From contig OZ024747.1 of the NCBI GenBank assembly GCA_964016885.1, forward strand, positions 52,824,001 through 52,888,000: DNA of 64,000 bases. Reading direction: 5' to 3'. The first letter of the stretch is position 1, and the number at the start of each line of letters is the position of its first letter. The notes beneath the pieces are model-generated. The model made no database searches. It saw only the letters and a list, made by a program, of their open reading frames with translations, and was not told the DNA's origin. Below are positions 1 to 12,859 of the stretch, piece by piece. Source of the stretch: Eledone cirrhosa (lineage: Eukaryota). A program made the position numbers and the translations under genes.

Positions 1-86
1 ATCTACTCTCTATTTATGTTCCATGACTTAGCAGTTCAGCAGAAAAATCGATAAAATAAATGTCAAACAGAAAAAATATATATATA

Positions 87-146
<60 letters not shown>

Positions 147-203
147 GAATATGATTTCCTTTGAATGAAACGGTTCTAGTCCTGTAGAAGCCATTTTTAA
201 ATT

Positions 204-234
<31 letters not shown>

Positions 235-315
235 TGTATGTATGTCTATGTAAATGTATATATGTATATATGTGTGTGTGTGTCTAGCTGTATTTTACCT
301 TTCTGTCTGTTTCTA

Positions 316-474
316 AACCTATGTCCTGTAACTTGGCTGTTCAACATAAAGGAATCAATAAAATAAGTATCTTAAAATAAAACATACTGGGCTTTATATG
401 ATTGATTAAATAAATCCCTTTAAGGTGGTGCCCCAGCATGGCCACAGTTAAATGACTAAAACCATTAAAAGAAT
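316..474 (+). mobile_element. Decayed SINE 3' portion (cephalopod-type repeat); related fragments at 19-76 and 12541-12677
   Basis: Ends in AAGGTGGTGCCCCAGCATGGCCACAGTTAAATGACTAAAACCATTAAAAGAAT; the 5' part (GTCC..TAACTT.GC.GTT) recurs at 19-76 and 12541. Family recognised from memory. Confidence 0.6.
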
Positions 475-799
475 ATTATATTGTATTTTATGTAGTTTGT
501 TTTTTTTCTTGACCCACTTTTTGAGATTTATCTTCGTCTTTTGTTGTTTTTTCACATATTTTGGGGATCTCAAGAGGCAGAAAATGGAGAAGTTGTGACG
601 TTGATGTTTCCCTTTGAAATTAGTTATGATTTGTGGGGTGTCTTTATTTCTTTTAAAATATAATAAGTCCTATCCCCTACACACTCCACACACACACACT
701 CATGCCACCTCCAACAACCACTATTATAAACACAAACATATTTATATGTATGTATATGTGTGTGTGTATGTATATGTGAATTTATGCCTGTATTCATTT

Positions 800-842
<43 letters not shown>

Positions 843-858
843 ATTGTATAATTCTTTG

Positions 859-891
<33 letters not shown>

Positions 892-1308
892 TTATACACA
901 CACATGCACATGTATGTATATATATATATACAGAGAGAGAGAGAGGGGGGAATAAGGGGGCGCAGTATTCCATGTAGTAATAGTAGTGGTGTGGGGGAGG
1001 AAGTAATAGAGAGGTAAAAATATGGTGGTAGTAGTAGTAGTAGACAATATCCAACTATGTCCTGTCCACTACCCCCTCCCCCCAATCAACCCCACCACCA
1101 CCACCATCACAGCTCCAATCCACCACCACCACCACAGCTCCAATCCACCACCGCCACCTCCTCCACTGATAACTTCTCTTATGTGAAATTCTTTCAGTTT
1201 AATTTTCTGTAAATTTTGTTATATATATATATATTTATTTATGTATATATTTATTTATGTTGTTTTTTCTTTATTTTTTGCTGACATATTTTTGTCTTTA
1301 TGATGCAG

Positions 1309-1335
1309 GAAGTGTTAGTTCAAAGTGGACCCTAA
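1309..1335 (+). other. Possible terminal coding exon of a host gene (EVLVQSGP*)
   Basis: T-rich tract, CTGAC branch-like motif at 1281 and TGCAG acceptor ending at 1308, then GAA GTG TTA GTT CAA AGT GGA CCC TAA. No homology support. Confidence 0.2.
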
Positions 1336-1684
1336 GAAAGAGACAAAAGAAACCCCCACCCTACCTCTTTTCTCTTTTCTACTACTCACTCCATCCCTCT
1401 TTTACCTATCACCTACTCCTTCTTATTTCCCCCTCAAACCAGCTACTACTACTACTACCACCACTGCTGTCCCACCACCACTACCCTTCCTGGCACCAGC
1501 AATATTATTATTATCTGGACTTATACTTTACACACACACACGTATATATATCTATGCATACATACACTACATAAACACACACATGTATAAATTCACTCTC
1601 AAGCATGAACCTAATACTAACACTTTGTACTACACTCTTCGTTATTGTTTTTGTTTTCTGTTGTAACACACACACACACACACA

Positions 1685-1734
<50 letters not shown>

Positions 1735-2669
1735 GATTTATTTATTTATATATACATACACACACACATATAACCCCCTTCTCCCACAGCTCCCTACCTC
1801 CTTAATACAGTGACTAGAGGGAGTGAAGGAAATTTGTGATTGCTCTGATGTAGTGGTAGTAAGTGAGAGATAGATATGTTTCTTTATTAGCCACAGGGGC
1901 AAATACAAAGAAGGGGACAAATACAAAGGGGGAAGATAGATAGGTAGGTAGGTAGGTAGATAACTTTAGATAGATAGGTAGATAGGTAGGTAGGTAGATA
2001 GTAGAGGGATATAGAGAGGGGCTGAGTTAGAGAGATGAGAGTGGGTGAGGCTAGAGAGAGAGAGATAGTAAGAGTGGGAGAGGCTAGAGAGAGAGAGAAA
2101 AATAATGAGAGGGAGAGGCTAAAGAGAGAGGAGAGATAGTAAGAGAAAGACAGATATCAAGAGAGAGGGGGTGGTGGTATTGTATCATTTACTCTTGTTC
2201 TAAATTCTGAAAGATAATTTTGGTTTTTATTTTTCAAAAAGTAATAAAAATGAAAAAAAAAAAAAAAAAAGGTGATTCTTACTGTTCCTCCCTCCAAACA
2301 GACCCCTTTCCTTCCTCTGATAATAACTGGGGTTAGTGCTAGGTTCCCACAACTATCCCCTACCAAACATTAACATGTCCCCTATTTAGTCACCCCACAC
2401 ACCACACCCCTAAACCCTTACCAAAACCCTTCTACTACAAAATTTTAAGACTTCAAAAATTTTCTTCCTTCATCTTCAACCTCCCTTCTCTTTCTTCCTC
2501 CCCCTCCTCCTCCTCCTCCCCCTCCCCTTCATGTATAATCTCATATTATCTGTAAACTGAGTGTTAATTAGGCAGGGGGGGGGGGCATGGTAGGAGGGCT
2601 GATACATTGTTATATAGCAATATTTGTTTTTGTTCACTTGAAGTATTTCTGTTTGTTAGTTTGTTGTTG

Positions 2670-3640
2670 GTGTTAGTGGTGGTGGTGGTGTTGGCAGTAG
2701 TGGTGGTGGTGTGATGGTGGTGGTGTTGGTGGTAGCGGTGTTGGTGGTAATGGTGGTGGTGTTGGTGGTGTGATGGTAGTAATGGTGGTGGTGTTGGTGG
2801 TGTGATGGTGGTGGTGTTGGTGGTAGCGGTGGTGGTGTGATGGTAGTAATGGTGGTGGTGTTGGTGGTAGTGGTGGTGGTAATGGAGGTGGTGTGATGGT
2901 GTTGGCGGTAATAGTGGTGGTGTGATGGTGGTGTTGGTGGTAGTGGTGGTGGTGTAATAGTGGTTTTGGTGTCTGTGGTTATAGTGATGGTAGCTGTAGT
3001 GATAGTGAATGTGGTTGGTAGTGGTGGTGTTGTTGATGGTAGATGGTGTGATGGTGTTGGTAGTAGTGTTGGTAATGGTGTTGCTGATGATGGTAGTGGT
3101 GGTGATGGTGGTGGTGGTGGTGGTAGTAGATGATGTGAGGGTGATGGTAATGGTGCTGCTGATGATGGTAGTGGTGATGGTGGTGGTGGTGGTGGTAGAT
3201 GATGTGAAGGTGATGGTAATGGTGATGGTGATGGTGGTGGTGGTGGTAGTAGATGATGTGAAGGTGATGGTAATGGTGCTGCTGATGGTGGTAGTGGTAG
3301 TAGATGATGTGAAGGTGATGGTAATGGTGCTGCTGATGGTGGTAGTGGTAGTAGATGATGTGAAGGTGATGGTAATGGTGCTGCTGATAGTGGTGGTGGT
3401 GGTGGTGGTGGTGGTAATGGTGGTAGTGGTGATGGTGGTGGTGGTGGTAGTAGATGATGTGAAGGTGATGGTGGTGGTGGTGGTAGTAGATGATGTGAAG
3501 GTGATGGTAATGGTGCTGCTGATGGTGGTAGTGGTGGTGGTGGTGGTGGTAATGGTGGTAGTGGTGATGGTGGTGGTGGTGGTAGATGATGTGAAGGTGA
3601 TGGTAATGGTGGTGGTGATGGTGGATGTGGTGGTGAGGTA
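2670..3640. repeat. (GGT)n-based compound repeat with recurring GTAGATGATGTGAAGGTGATGGTAATGG unit
   Basis: Read directly; explains the Val-rich ORF 3009-3644. Confidence 0.9.
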
Positions 3641-4212
3641 TTAATATTTTATCATCCCCTATATTCCATCAGTGAGAAGAATACCAACACATCCTCTCCC
3701 AAAATACCCTTACACAAAATTTAACAACCATCATAATATTTCAGTTTTAGACATTTTTTCTCCTCTTTATCTCATGAGACTCTTTAAGCCCCTATTTCTT
3801 CTCTTCACCTGCCTCCTTTTAACATAAAATATACAACTATATATATATGTGTGTGTATGTATGTATGTATGTATGTATGTATGTATGTTTTCTCTTTCTC
3901 TTAATTTCGAGTATATTTTTTTGACCGGCCACCTTCCTGGTGGCAAGGTTGTAAAAGAAAAGAAATTGTCATCCCTTGAATCGCAAGAATGTTTTGCAAA
4001 TGTATGTATGTATGTATGTATGTATGTATGTATGTATGTATGTGTATGTATTTAGAGATATAGATAGATACATATACATGCTCACACACACACACACACA
4101 CACATATGTATGTGTGTATGAAAATATATATGCGTGTGTGAGTATGTGTGTATATATGTATATATATATCTGTATGTAGTTAGTTACTTGTCAGTCACCT
4201 TATATATATGTG

Positions 4213-4243
<31 letters not shown>

Positions 4244-4351
4244 CATCATCATCATCATCTTCGTTTAACGTCCATTTTACACGCTAGCATGGGTTAGACT
4301 ATATATATATATATGTCTGTCTGTGTGTGTGTGTATATATATATATGTGTC

Positions 4352-4397
<46 letters not shown>

Positions 4398-4401
<4 letters not shown>

Positions 4402-4583
4402 AAAGTATGGTTTCTTTAAATGTTCCATAAGGGTAAAAATATAAAGAAAAGAAATTGAAAATGCAATTGAAGCCTTTTTAAGAATATTTATTTACCCACC
4501 CTTGCAAGCAGGGAAAAGCGGACGTAAAATGATGATTTACCGGTTTCAAAAGTAAAATTGAGATGGAGGGTTTGTGTTTCGGT
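4398..4583 (-). mobile_element. (TA)n-embedded Penelope-like terminal fragment interrupted by a 38-bp SINE/LINE tail (4497-4534)
   Basis: Reverse complement matches 45092-45252; the insert is flanked by ATTTACC at 4490-4496 and 4535-4541. Confidence 0.7.
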
Positions 4584-5160
4584 TATATATATAAAATAGG
4601 TATGCTGGAAGAAAGTATCAACTATATATATTTATGAAGATGGCTGTCAAATAACTACACATTTCTTTTATCTCTCTTAAATACACTATTAAAGAGATAC
4701 AAATGTAATTATAGTAAAACTTGTTCAGGGAACAGCACCAACTACTAGATACATACAAAGCTGTTAATAAGTTCCGGCCACATGCAAAATGTTGGTCTTC
4801 AAAGTTAACTCTAGACCACCAGATTTGGCAAAGCATCGGGCCATATATGAATGTGTGAAATATAGGCTTCCAAAGCTGGTACTAGGGCCCATGCTAGATG
4901 TAAAATATAGGCCCAATTCTGGTAGTAGACCCAAGCTTGATGTGAAGTATAGGTTCAAAAACTGGCAATAGGGTCCAGGATAGATGTAAAATATTGGTCA
5001 TTAAAGTTGGTAATAATCCCAGGCTAGATGAGAAGTGTAAGTGTATGTGTATGTGTGTGTGTGTGCGTGTGTGTGTGTGTGTGTCCGAAGCTAGTAATGG
5101 GCCTAGGTCAGGTGTGATCTGTAGGTCCCAAAGGTGGAGAAAATCCCAGGTCAGGCTGTA

Positions 5161-5500
5161 TGGAAAATGTAGGTCACTGAAGCTGGTATGGCCAGGTGTG
5201 AATGAATGAGCCCGCCCAAACCCACCTTAGAGCTGGTAATAGACCCACACCAGGCCACTTGGAAAATGTAGGTCACTGAAGCTGGTATGGCCAGGTGTGA
5301 ATGAGTGAGCCCGCCCAAACCCACCTTAGAGCTGGTAATAGACCCACACCAGGCCACTTGGAAAATGTAGGTCACTGAAGCTGGTATGGTCAGGTGTGAT
5401 TGAGTGAGCCTGCCCAAACCCACCCTATAGCTGGTAATAGACCCACACCAGGCCACTTGGAAAATGTAGGTCACTGAAGCTGGTAAGGTCAGGTATGAAT
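5161..5500. repeat. 99-bp tandem repeat, about 3.4 copies
   Basis: TGGAAAATGTAGGTCACTGAAGCTGGTA starts at 5161, 5260, 5359 and 5458. Confidence 0.95.
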
Positions 5501-6218
5501 ATTTGAGTCCCTATAGCTGACAATAAGCTATGGACAGAATATCAAATGTAGTCTTTCCCTAAAAACGAGTTGAAACTGAGCAAATCTGGTAGGTAGCCTT
5601 AACCACAGAGGACCCTCAATTAGGATTATACCATATAATATATATATATATATATTATTTTATACTATATAACAGTAAATTTTCAATGTAAAGCCCCCAC
5701 CCCACATCTATGGTAGGAGAAGAAACATTGTGATTGTATGTATTGTCTTCCTTTACTACCACATCTGTGTATGTATATATGTATATATATGTGTGTGTGT
5801 ATGTATATTTGTATATATCTATATATGTACGTGTGTATGTATGTATATATGTATATATGTGTATGTATATTTGTATATATCTATATATGTACGTGTGTAT
5901 GTATGTGTGTGTGTGTGTATGTATGTATATGTGTAGGTATGTGTATGTATATATATATATAGAGAGAGAGAGAGAGATAGATATATATAATCTATATGTA
6001 TGTATAGAGTTCTGTTGTGTATGTATGGCTATTGTGTGTGTATTTATATAAAGAGAGGGGATATGTAGTGACTGTTTATTTAGAGAGAGGAGGGTGGAGA
6101 GCCAGGTGTAAAAATAGGGAGGAGAGAGGCAAAGAATGTTAGATTTAAAGAATGAAGGGGAGATTGGGGTGAAAGTATAGAAAGACTATTTATTAAGAGT
6201 GGAAAAGGAAGGGGAGAT

Positions 6219-6609
6219 TATATATATATATATATAGGGAGAGAGAGATATATATATAGGGAGAGAGAGATATATATATAGCGAGAGAGAAAGATATATA
6301 TATATATATAGAGAGAGAGAGAAAGAGATATATATATATATATAGAGAGAGAGAAAGATAGATATATATATATATAGAGAGAGAGAAAGAGATATATATA
6401 TATATATAGAGAGAGAGAGAAAGAGATATATATATATAGAGACAGAAAGAGATATATATATATATAGAGAGAGAGAAAGATATATATATATATAGAGAGA
6501 GAGAGAGAAAGAGATATATATATATATAGAGAGAGAGAGAAAGAGACATATATATATATATAGAGAGAGAGAGAAAGAGATATATATATAGAGAGAGAGA
6601 GAAAGATAG

Positions 6610-6644
<35 letters not shown>

Positions 6645-6807
6645 AAGAGATATATATATATAGAGAGAGAGAGAGAAAGAGATATATATATATAGAGAGA
6701 GAGAGAGAAAGAGACATATATATATATAGAGAGAGAGAGAAAGAGACATATATATATATATAGAGAGAGAGAAAGAGATATATATATATAGAGAGAGAGA
6801 AAGATAG

Positions 6808-6840
<33 letters not shown>

Positions 6841-6879
6841 AAGAGATATATATATATATAGAGAGAGAGAGAGAAAGAG

Positions 6880-6910
<31 letters not shown>

Positions 6911-6913
6911 AAG

Positions 6914-6944
<31 letters not shown>

Positions 6945-7060
6945 TATATATATATATATAGAGAGAGAGAGATACATTTATATATATATAGAGAGAGAGA
7001 GAGAGAGATACATTTATATATATATAGAGAGAGAGAGAGAGAGATACATGCATATATATA
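6219..7060. repeat. Compound microsatellite array [(TA)n(GA)m AA GA] repeated in tandem
   Basis: Read directly. Confidence 0.95.
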
Positions 7061-7248
7061 AGTTATTCCGGGTTGAATCGGAGGTAACCACAGTAAGTAG
7101 GGTACTCAATACATAGCAGAGTATAAAAGTTTTAATATAGAAGAGCTTCTACAGGACGAGAACTGTTTCATTTGTGAGAAATCATTAGAGATTCTTGATG
7201 ATTTCTCACGAATGAAACAGTTCTAGTCCTGTAGAAGCTCTTCTATAT
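7061..7248. mobile_element. (TA)n-embedded fold-back element with degenerate hammerhead motif
   Basis: Inverted repeat 7135-7248; right arm TTGATGA-TTTCTCACGAAT-GAAA-CAG-TT; tail motif GGTACTCAAT at 7101. Related pieces at 151-192 and 45261-45441. Confidence 0.75.
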
Positions 7249-7361
7249 ATATACATACTTACATATATATACACATACACACACAGATACACGTATGTGT
7301 GTATATATATATACACACACATGTGTCTGTATGTGTAAGTATATATATATAAATATATGTT

Positions 7362-7395
<34 letters not shown>

Positions 7396-7549
7396 GTTAC
7401 ACATATATATACACACATATATATATATATACACACACAGACACACGTGTGTGTGTGTGTGTATATATATATACACGCGCACACACACACATGTGTCTGT
7501 GTGTGTCTGTGTATATGTATGTATATATATATATATATATATTTATTGA

Positions 7550-7637
7550 TACTGGGTCCCCCCCTAAAAAAAAAATGTATACATACTTTGACTAGAATGC
7601 TGTTGAAGTGTGTATACATTTTTTGGGACGTCCTGTA
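7550..7637. mobile_element. Tc1/mariner-like MITE
   Basis: TA-flanked imperfect TIRs: TACTGGGTCCCC..AAAAAATGTATACATAC versus reverse complement of the right end TACAGGACGTCCCAAAAAATGTATACACAC. Confidence 0.65.
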
Positions 7638-7669
7638 TATGTGTGTGTGTGTATGCGTGTGTATGTATA

Positions 7670-7701
<32 letters not shown>

Positions 7702-8317
7702 CACACCCACACATTTATTGTAAGAAGTAGGGGAAGTAGAAAGAAGAGGTGTTAAGAAGAAGGGGGAGGGTTAAGAGATGATAATGTAGAATGAGGTGAG
7801 GAAAAGGAGAAAGAATACATACAGGTAATAAGAGAGAGAGAAAGAGAGAGAGGGGTGGTAGGAGACAGTAGTAAAATATGAGAGAGACTAGTAGCAACTT
7901 CTGGCAGAGGAATCATTAGGAAAGTAAAGTATTTTACTCCAAACACAACAAACAGTCCAGAAATTAAAATCACAACCTTTTGATTATGAGGCTAACAATC
8001 TAACGACTAAACCAATATAGAGACATGTGTCCTCTTTGATGGTTATAGTGACATAGTCTGTAATATCACAGTTTCTCAATTGCTAAAGTTGTGTACACAA
8101 CACTGCTGAGTTCAAATCACACCACAGACATACTTCACTATGATTAGTAAAACATGTGCTGGGGCTTATTGTTTTGATTAATTCCAGCTAAAATTTGTGA
8201 GTGTATGTTTTATTTTAAGAGATGTCAACATGAATGGACCTGTTATTTTTATCTAAAGACATTTTTTTCCCAATTCCATCCCACCCGTCCCCTCAATCTA
8301 TTTTATTTCTCATTCTT

Positions 8318-8353
8318 TCTTCTGATGAAGGACTAGCGTCCGAAACGTTAAGA
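8318..8353 (+). ncRNA. Minimal type I hammerhead ribozyme (Penelope-like)
   Basis: TCTT-CTGATGA-A-GGAC(TAGC)GTCC-GAAA-CG-TT-AAGA: stem I TCTT/AAGA, intact core, 4-bp stem II, palindromic ACGT stem III. Confidence 0.8.
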
Positions 8354-8478
8354 CCCTCTTCCTGCTATATCAAGCGTTAACCTAATATATACCTTCCATA
8401 TACTGTACCGATTGTGTTGTTATTTCTGTTTACCTTTTACATACATATATATAGTAAGACAACAGTTAGTTCACCATA

Positions 8479-8518
8479 CCGAGAACAATTGTTTCACTTA
8501 TGTGGATCTTCAGCTCAG
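8479..8518 (-). ncRNA. Type I hammerhead motif with eroded stem II
   Basis: Minus strand CTGAG-CTGAAGA-TCCACATAAGT-GAAA-CAATTG-TT-CTCGG: 5-bp stem I, palindromic ACAATTGT stem III. Confidence 0.65.
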
Positions 8519-8603
8519 ACTCAGTCCATGGGACAAGTTTGGTAGAAGTAGTAACACAACTGTTGTGTTACTACTTCTACCAAACTTGTCCCATAGACTG
8601 AGT
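8519..8603. repeat. Near-perfect palindrome (42-bp arms, 1-nt centre) within (TA)-embedded element 8453-8644
   Basis: ACTCAGTCCATGGGACAAG...AACACAAC-T-GTTGTGTT...CCCATAGACTGAGT, one mismatch. Confidence 0.9.
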
Positions 8604-8885
8604 GCTCTACCACTACGGATATTACCTTCCAGTGTTCTACCTTTATATACATATATACACATATACATAGATATATATATATATATATATCATCATCATC
8701 ATCTTCGTTTAACGTCCATCTTCCACGCTAGCATGGGTTAGACGTATGTATATATATATATATATAGATATATATATATATACATGGGTTAGACATATGT
8801 ATATATATATACATATATACACATATATATATATATATACATATATACACATATATATATATATATATACACATATATATATTAC

Positions 8886-8917
<32 letters not shown>

Positions 8918-8925
8918 TATATATA

Positions 8926-9347
<422 letters not shown>

Positions 9348-9401
9348 GTACAACTCATGCAAGCATGGAAAGACGGACATAAAAACGATGATGATATATA
9401 T

Positions 9402-9598
9402 ATTATAAAGAGTTGGGACCTGACAGCTGAGCTCTTGCCATTTCAACAGTTAGTTCTGGAACTTCCAGTTGAAACAGCAAAAGCTTAGCTGACAGGTCCC
9501 AACTGTTTATAATGTAGCCATACTCTACTATCCTAATTATCGAGTACTCTGTTGAATAATGGTCTAAATAGTTTTAAACTAGTTCTATCCTGATTTGT
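9402..9598. mobile_element. (TA)n-embedded fold-back element (IR 9402-9513) with tail
   Basis: ATTATAAAGAGTTGGGACC...GGTCCCAACTGTTTATAAT; ATCGAGTACT at 9539; second copy at 29136-29330 and a fragment at 19791-19845. Confidence 0.85.
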
Positions 9599-9667
9599 AT
9601 ATATATATATATATATGTACACATATATATATATATGCAAGTGTAGAAAATTGGACATAAAAACAAT

Positions 9668-9856
9668 AATTGTTTCTACTTTAGGCACAAGGCCAGCAAT
9701 TAACCAGTACATTACTGGTACTTTGTTTTATCGACCCCGTAAGGATGAAAGGCAAAGTTAACCGGGGCGGGATTTGAACTCAGACCTTGAAGGGACGTAA
9801 CTATGCTGGAAAGCATGGCGTCTGACTCTCTACCAATACTGCCAATCCACCGACCT
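9668..9856 (-). mobile_element. SINE family B copy nested in a LINE tail
   Basis: B-box-like GAGTTCAAATCC on minus strand; flanked by duplication TTGGAC(A/G)TAAAAACAATAAT. Confidence 0.85.
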
Positions 9857-9919
9857 TGGACGTAAAAACAATAATGATTATATATATATATATATATATA
9901 TACATACATACACACTATT

Positions 9920-10670
9920 GTGGTCTTTGATCTTGACTATGCAGATGACATCGTTCTTCTGGAAGATACCATTGATTCAGCTCAGGACCTCATTCACCAT
10001 GCCAAGAGGTGGGTTTGTTTCTTAATGCTTCAAAAACTAAATTCATATATTTGAAGCCATCCACTCTCAGTCCTTTACATGACTCTGACAATTCACCTAT
10101 CAAACTGGTCCAATAATTTAAATATATGGATGGGTATACTGACTTTGATCATGATATAACCACCAGAATTGGTCAAGCTTGGAGTTCAATAAATTTACTT
10201 CAAAATCTCTGGAAAACCCCCATTACAAGATCTACTAAATACAAAGTCTTCAAATCTATGATTGAAACCATCTTATTATAGAGTTCAGAATCCTGGATTC
10301 TCAGCGTTATCTGCTCAAGGAGACATGATGATTCCTACACAAAGATGTCACATGTGGTGTTCAACATTTCATAGCAAAGTCATACTACCAACAAAGTTCT
10401 TTATGGTGATCTACGACCACGAGTTTCATTGAAACTTCAATACCTTCATTTGACTCTTGCTGGTTATGTTTCCTGCCATGATGAAGCTGCAGAGAAACTG
10501 CTTCTCTTGTCACCAAATACAAAGCACCAAGAAGGACATCGAAACATAACCATCAGGACTCTGTTGGTGAGGGACACTGGCCTCATTGGACGGATCTTTC
10601 TCTGATGAGAGATCAGGAAGTCTGGAACAAGAACTTTGTGCATGCTTCACCTTCTGTGGAGGGATGACTC
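9920..10670 (+). pseudogene. Decayed 5'-truncated RTE-like LINE reverse transcriptase (catalytic motif to C-terminus)
   Basis: DLDYADDIVLLED with YADD at 9938-9949; downstream RIGQAW..LW and ILL*SSESW motifs with stops and frameshifts. Confidence 0.85.
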
Positions 10671-10819
10671 GAGATAAAGAAGATAGATGTGTGTGTGTGT
10701 ATGTGTGTCAATGTGTGTGTTTACACAACACAAGCTCAAATGTAATCTTGAAAATGCAGCTTTGAGAAGCTATCCCTATGACATTACATACATTAAAGGT
10801 GCACACATATATTTATGTA

Positions 10820-10858
<39 letters not shown>

Positions 10859-10990
10859 TACACAAAATTAGATTAAATTAACATTTTCATCTGTCAAATT
10901 CGTGCGTTTCACTGTGGAAATATAACAACTCGTCCTTTCGATTGAGTGCTCTGCCAACTTTGTTTATGAAATATTTTACAAAATTCATTC

Positions 10991-11033
<43 letters not shown>

Positions 11034-11076
11034 TGCACTATTATATATATACTACACACACATACTCATTTTAAAA

Positions 11077-11120
<44 letters not shown>

Positions 11121-11123
<3 letters not shown>

Positions 11124-11570
11124 ACCTCCACCCCACCCACACCGCCCCTTTCAATGTAAAGTTATGTTGGTCCCACAACATCCAGGCTGAAACAAATGAG
11201 ATCGTGTAGGTGTCACGACAAAAAACACACAGTCCACGCTGTAATGTGGCCGTGTAGGCAACACGGTAAAAACCTCCCAGCCCCACACTGTAAATGTGGT
11301 TGGTGTTAGGAAGGGCATCCAGCTGTAGAAAACCAGCCAGACAGTCCACGCTGTAATGTGGCCGTGTAGGCAACACGGTAAAAACCTCCCAGCCCCACAC
11401 TGTAAATGTGGTTGGTGTTAGGAAGGGCATCCAGCTGTAGAAAACCCGCCAGACAGTCCTATGCGAGCAAGACAACCACTCTTGCCTCAAGTGGGAAAAC
11501 CCCCGTCCAAACCCATGCAAGCGTGGAACACGGACGCTAAACCTGATGATGATGATGATGATGATGATAT
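11121..11570 (+). mobile_element. LINE 3' UTR copy with internal 112-bp tandem duplication and (TGA)n tail
   Basis: Matches 28815-29123; CAGTCCACGCTG at 11230 and 11342. Confidence 0.85.
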
Positions 11571-11740
11571 ACATACAAGTAGAACGGATATTTAATTTGT
11601 TGGAAATCCAACAAATATAAATGTTTATAACTGATTCAGAGCACTCGACAGATTTCTGGAGTAAGACTACCCAGGGAATATTCAACTGATAAGGTATGAT
11701 TTTCCTTGGCTATGTCAAAATTTATAAAGCACTCTTTGTA

Positions 11741-11798
11741 TTTATCTGATGAAAGCATACTAAAGTTTTTTTGGTACCCTTGAAATATATATAATAGA
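11741..11798 (+). ncRNA. Type I hammerhead motif in (TA)-embedded element 11575-11876
   Basis: TTTAT-CTGATGA-AAGCATAC..GTACCCTT-GAAA-TATATA-TA-ATAGA; stem II has 2 mismatches; tail motif AGCACTCGAC at 11640. Confidence 0.7.
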
Positions 11799-12859
11799 AT
11801 AAATAGGCTAAACAAATTCAGAAACAGAATAAATATGGTTTTATAAATATATTTTCCATTTATTTAATATCATTGTATATATATATATATATGATGATGA
11901 TGATGATGATTATATATATATATATATATATATAATGAAGTGGCCTACTGTAAGATTTCACTTGCTTTCCCCGTTCTTTAAACAAGTTCAATCTCTCTCT
12001 CTGGGTTTTCATTTTGTAAAGTGTGTCTTTCTAATGTGTCTGTGTGTTCGTACCACATGCTGACTGGCAGCTGGGTTCTCTCTCCCTTTCTCTCTCTCTC
12101 TCTGCACACACACACAACACACGCACAGTATATACACACACACACACACACGTGCATATTGCTGCTGTTCACTTTCATGAATGATTCCTTCACAATGATA
12201 TTGCTGCTGCTGCTGTTACTGGTTTGATAGTGGTGGTGGTGGTGGTGGTGGTGATATTGTGTTTGATGGTAGTGGTGATGATGGTTGTGGTAATGATAGT
12301 TGAGCTAGTGGTGGTGATGGTGGCAGTGATACTGAGTGTGGGTGATGGTGGTAGTGGTGATGGTGGTAGTGGTGATGGTTGTGGTAGTGGGTGGTGATGG
12401 TGGTAATAGTGATGGTGGCAGTGATATTGTGTGTGGTGATGGTGATGGTGGTGGTGGTGATGCTGATGGTTGTGGTAGTGGTAATGGTGATGGTGGTGGT
12501 GATGGGTGCACTGGTGTTGATGGAGTCCATGTTTACATTTGTTACGTCCCATAACTTAGCAGTTAGCCAAGAAACAGAGATGGTTAAGATTAAGTAACAG
12601 ACTGGAAAAGATAAGTCCTACTAGAATTGATATGATTGACTTTAAGATGGGACTTCAGTGTAGCCTCAGTCTAGCACTTCAGTAAGGTGGTGATGGTGGA
12701 GAGGGATGGTGGTGGTGATGGTGTTAGTTTTGGAAATATTGATGGTAGTGATGGTGGTGGTGGTGGTTGGAGGGCAGGTGGTGTTGGTGGTAGTGGGGAT
12801 GGCTATTGCGTAATAAATGATTTAGACAGGATCAGAGCTAGTTATAGTGAACCTGAGGA

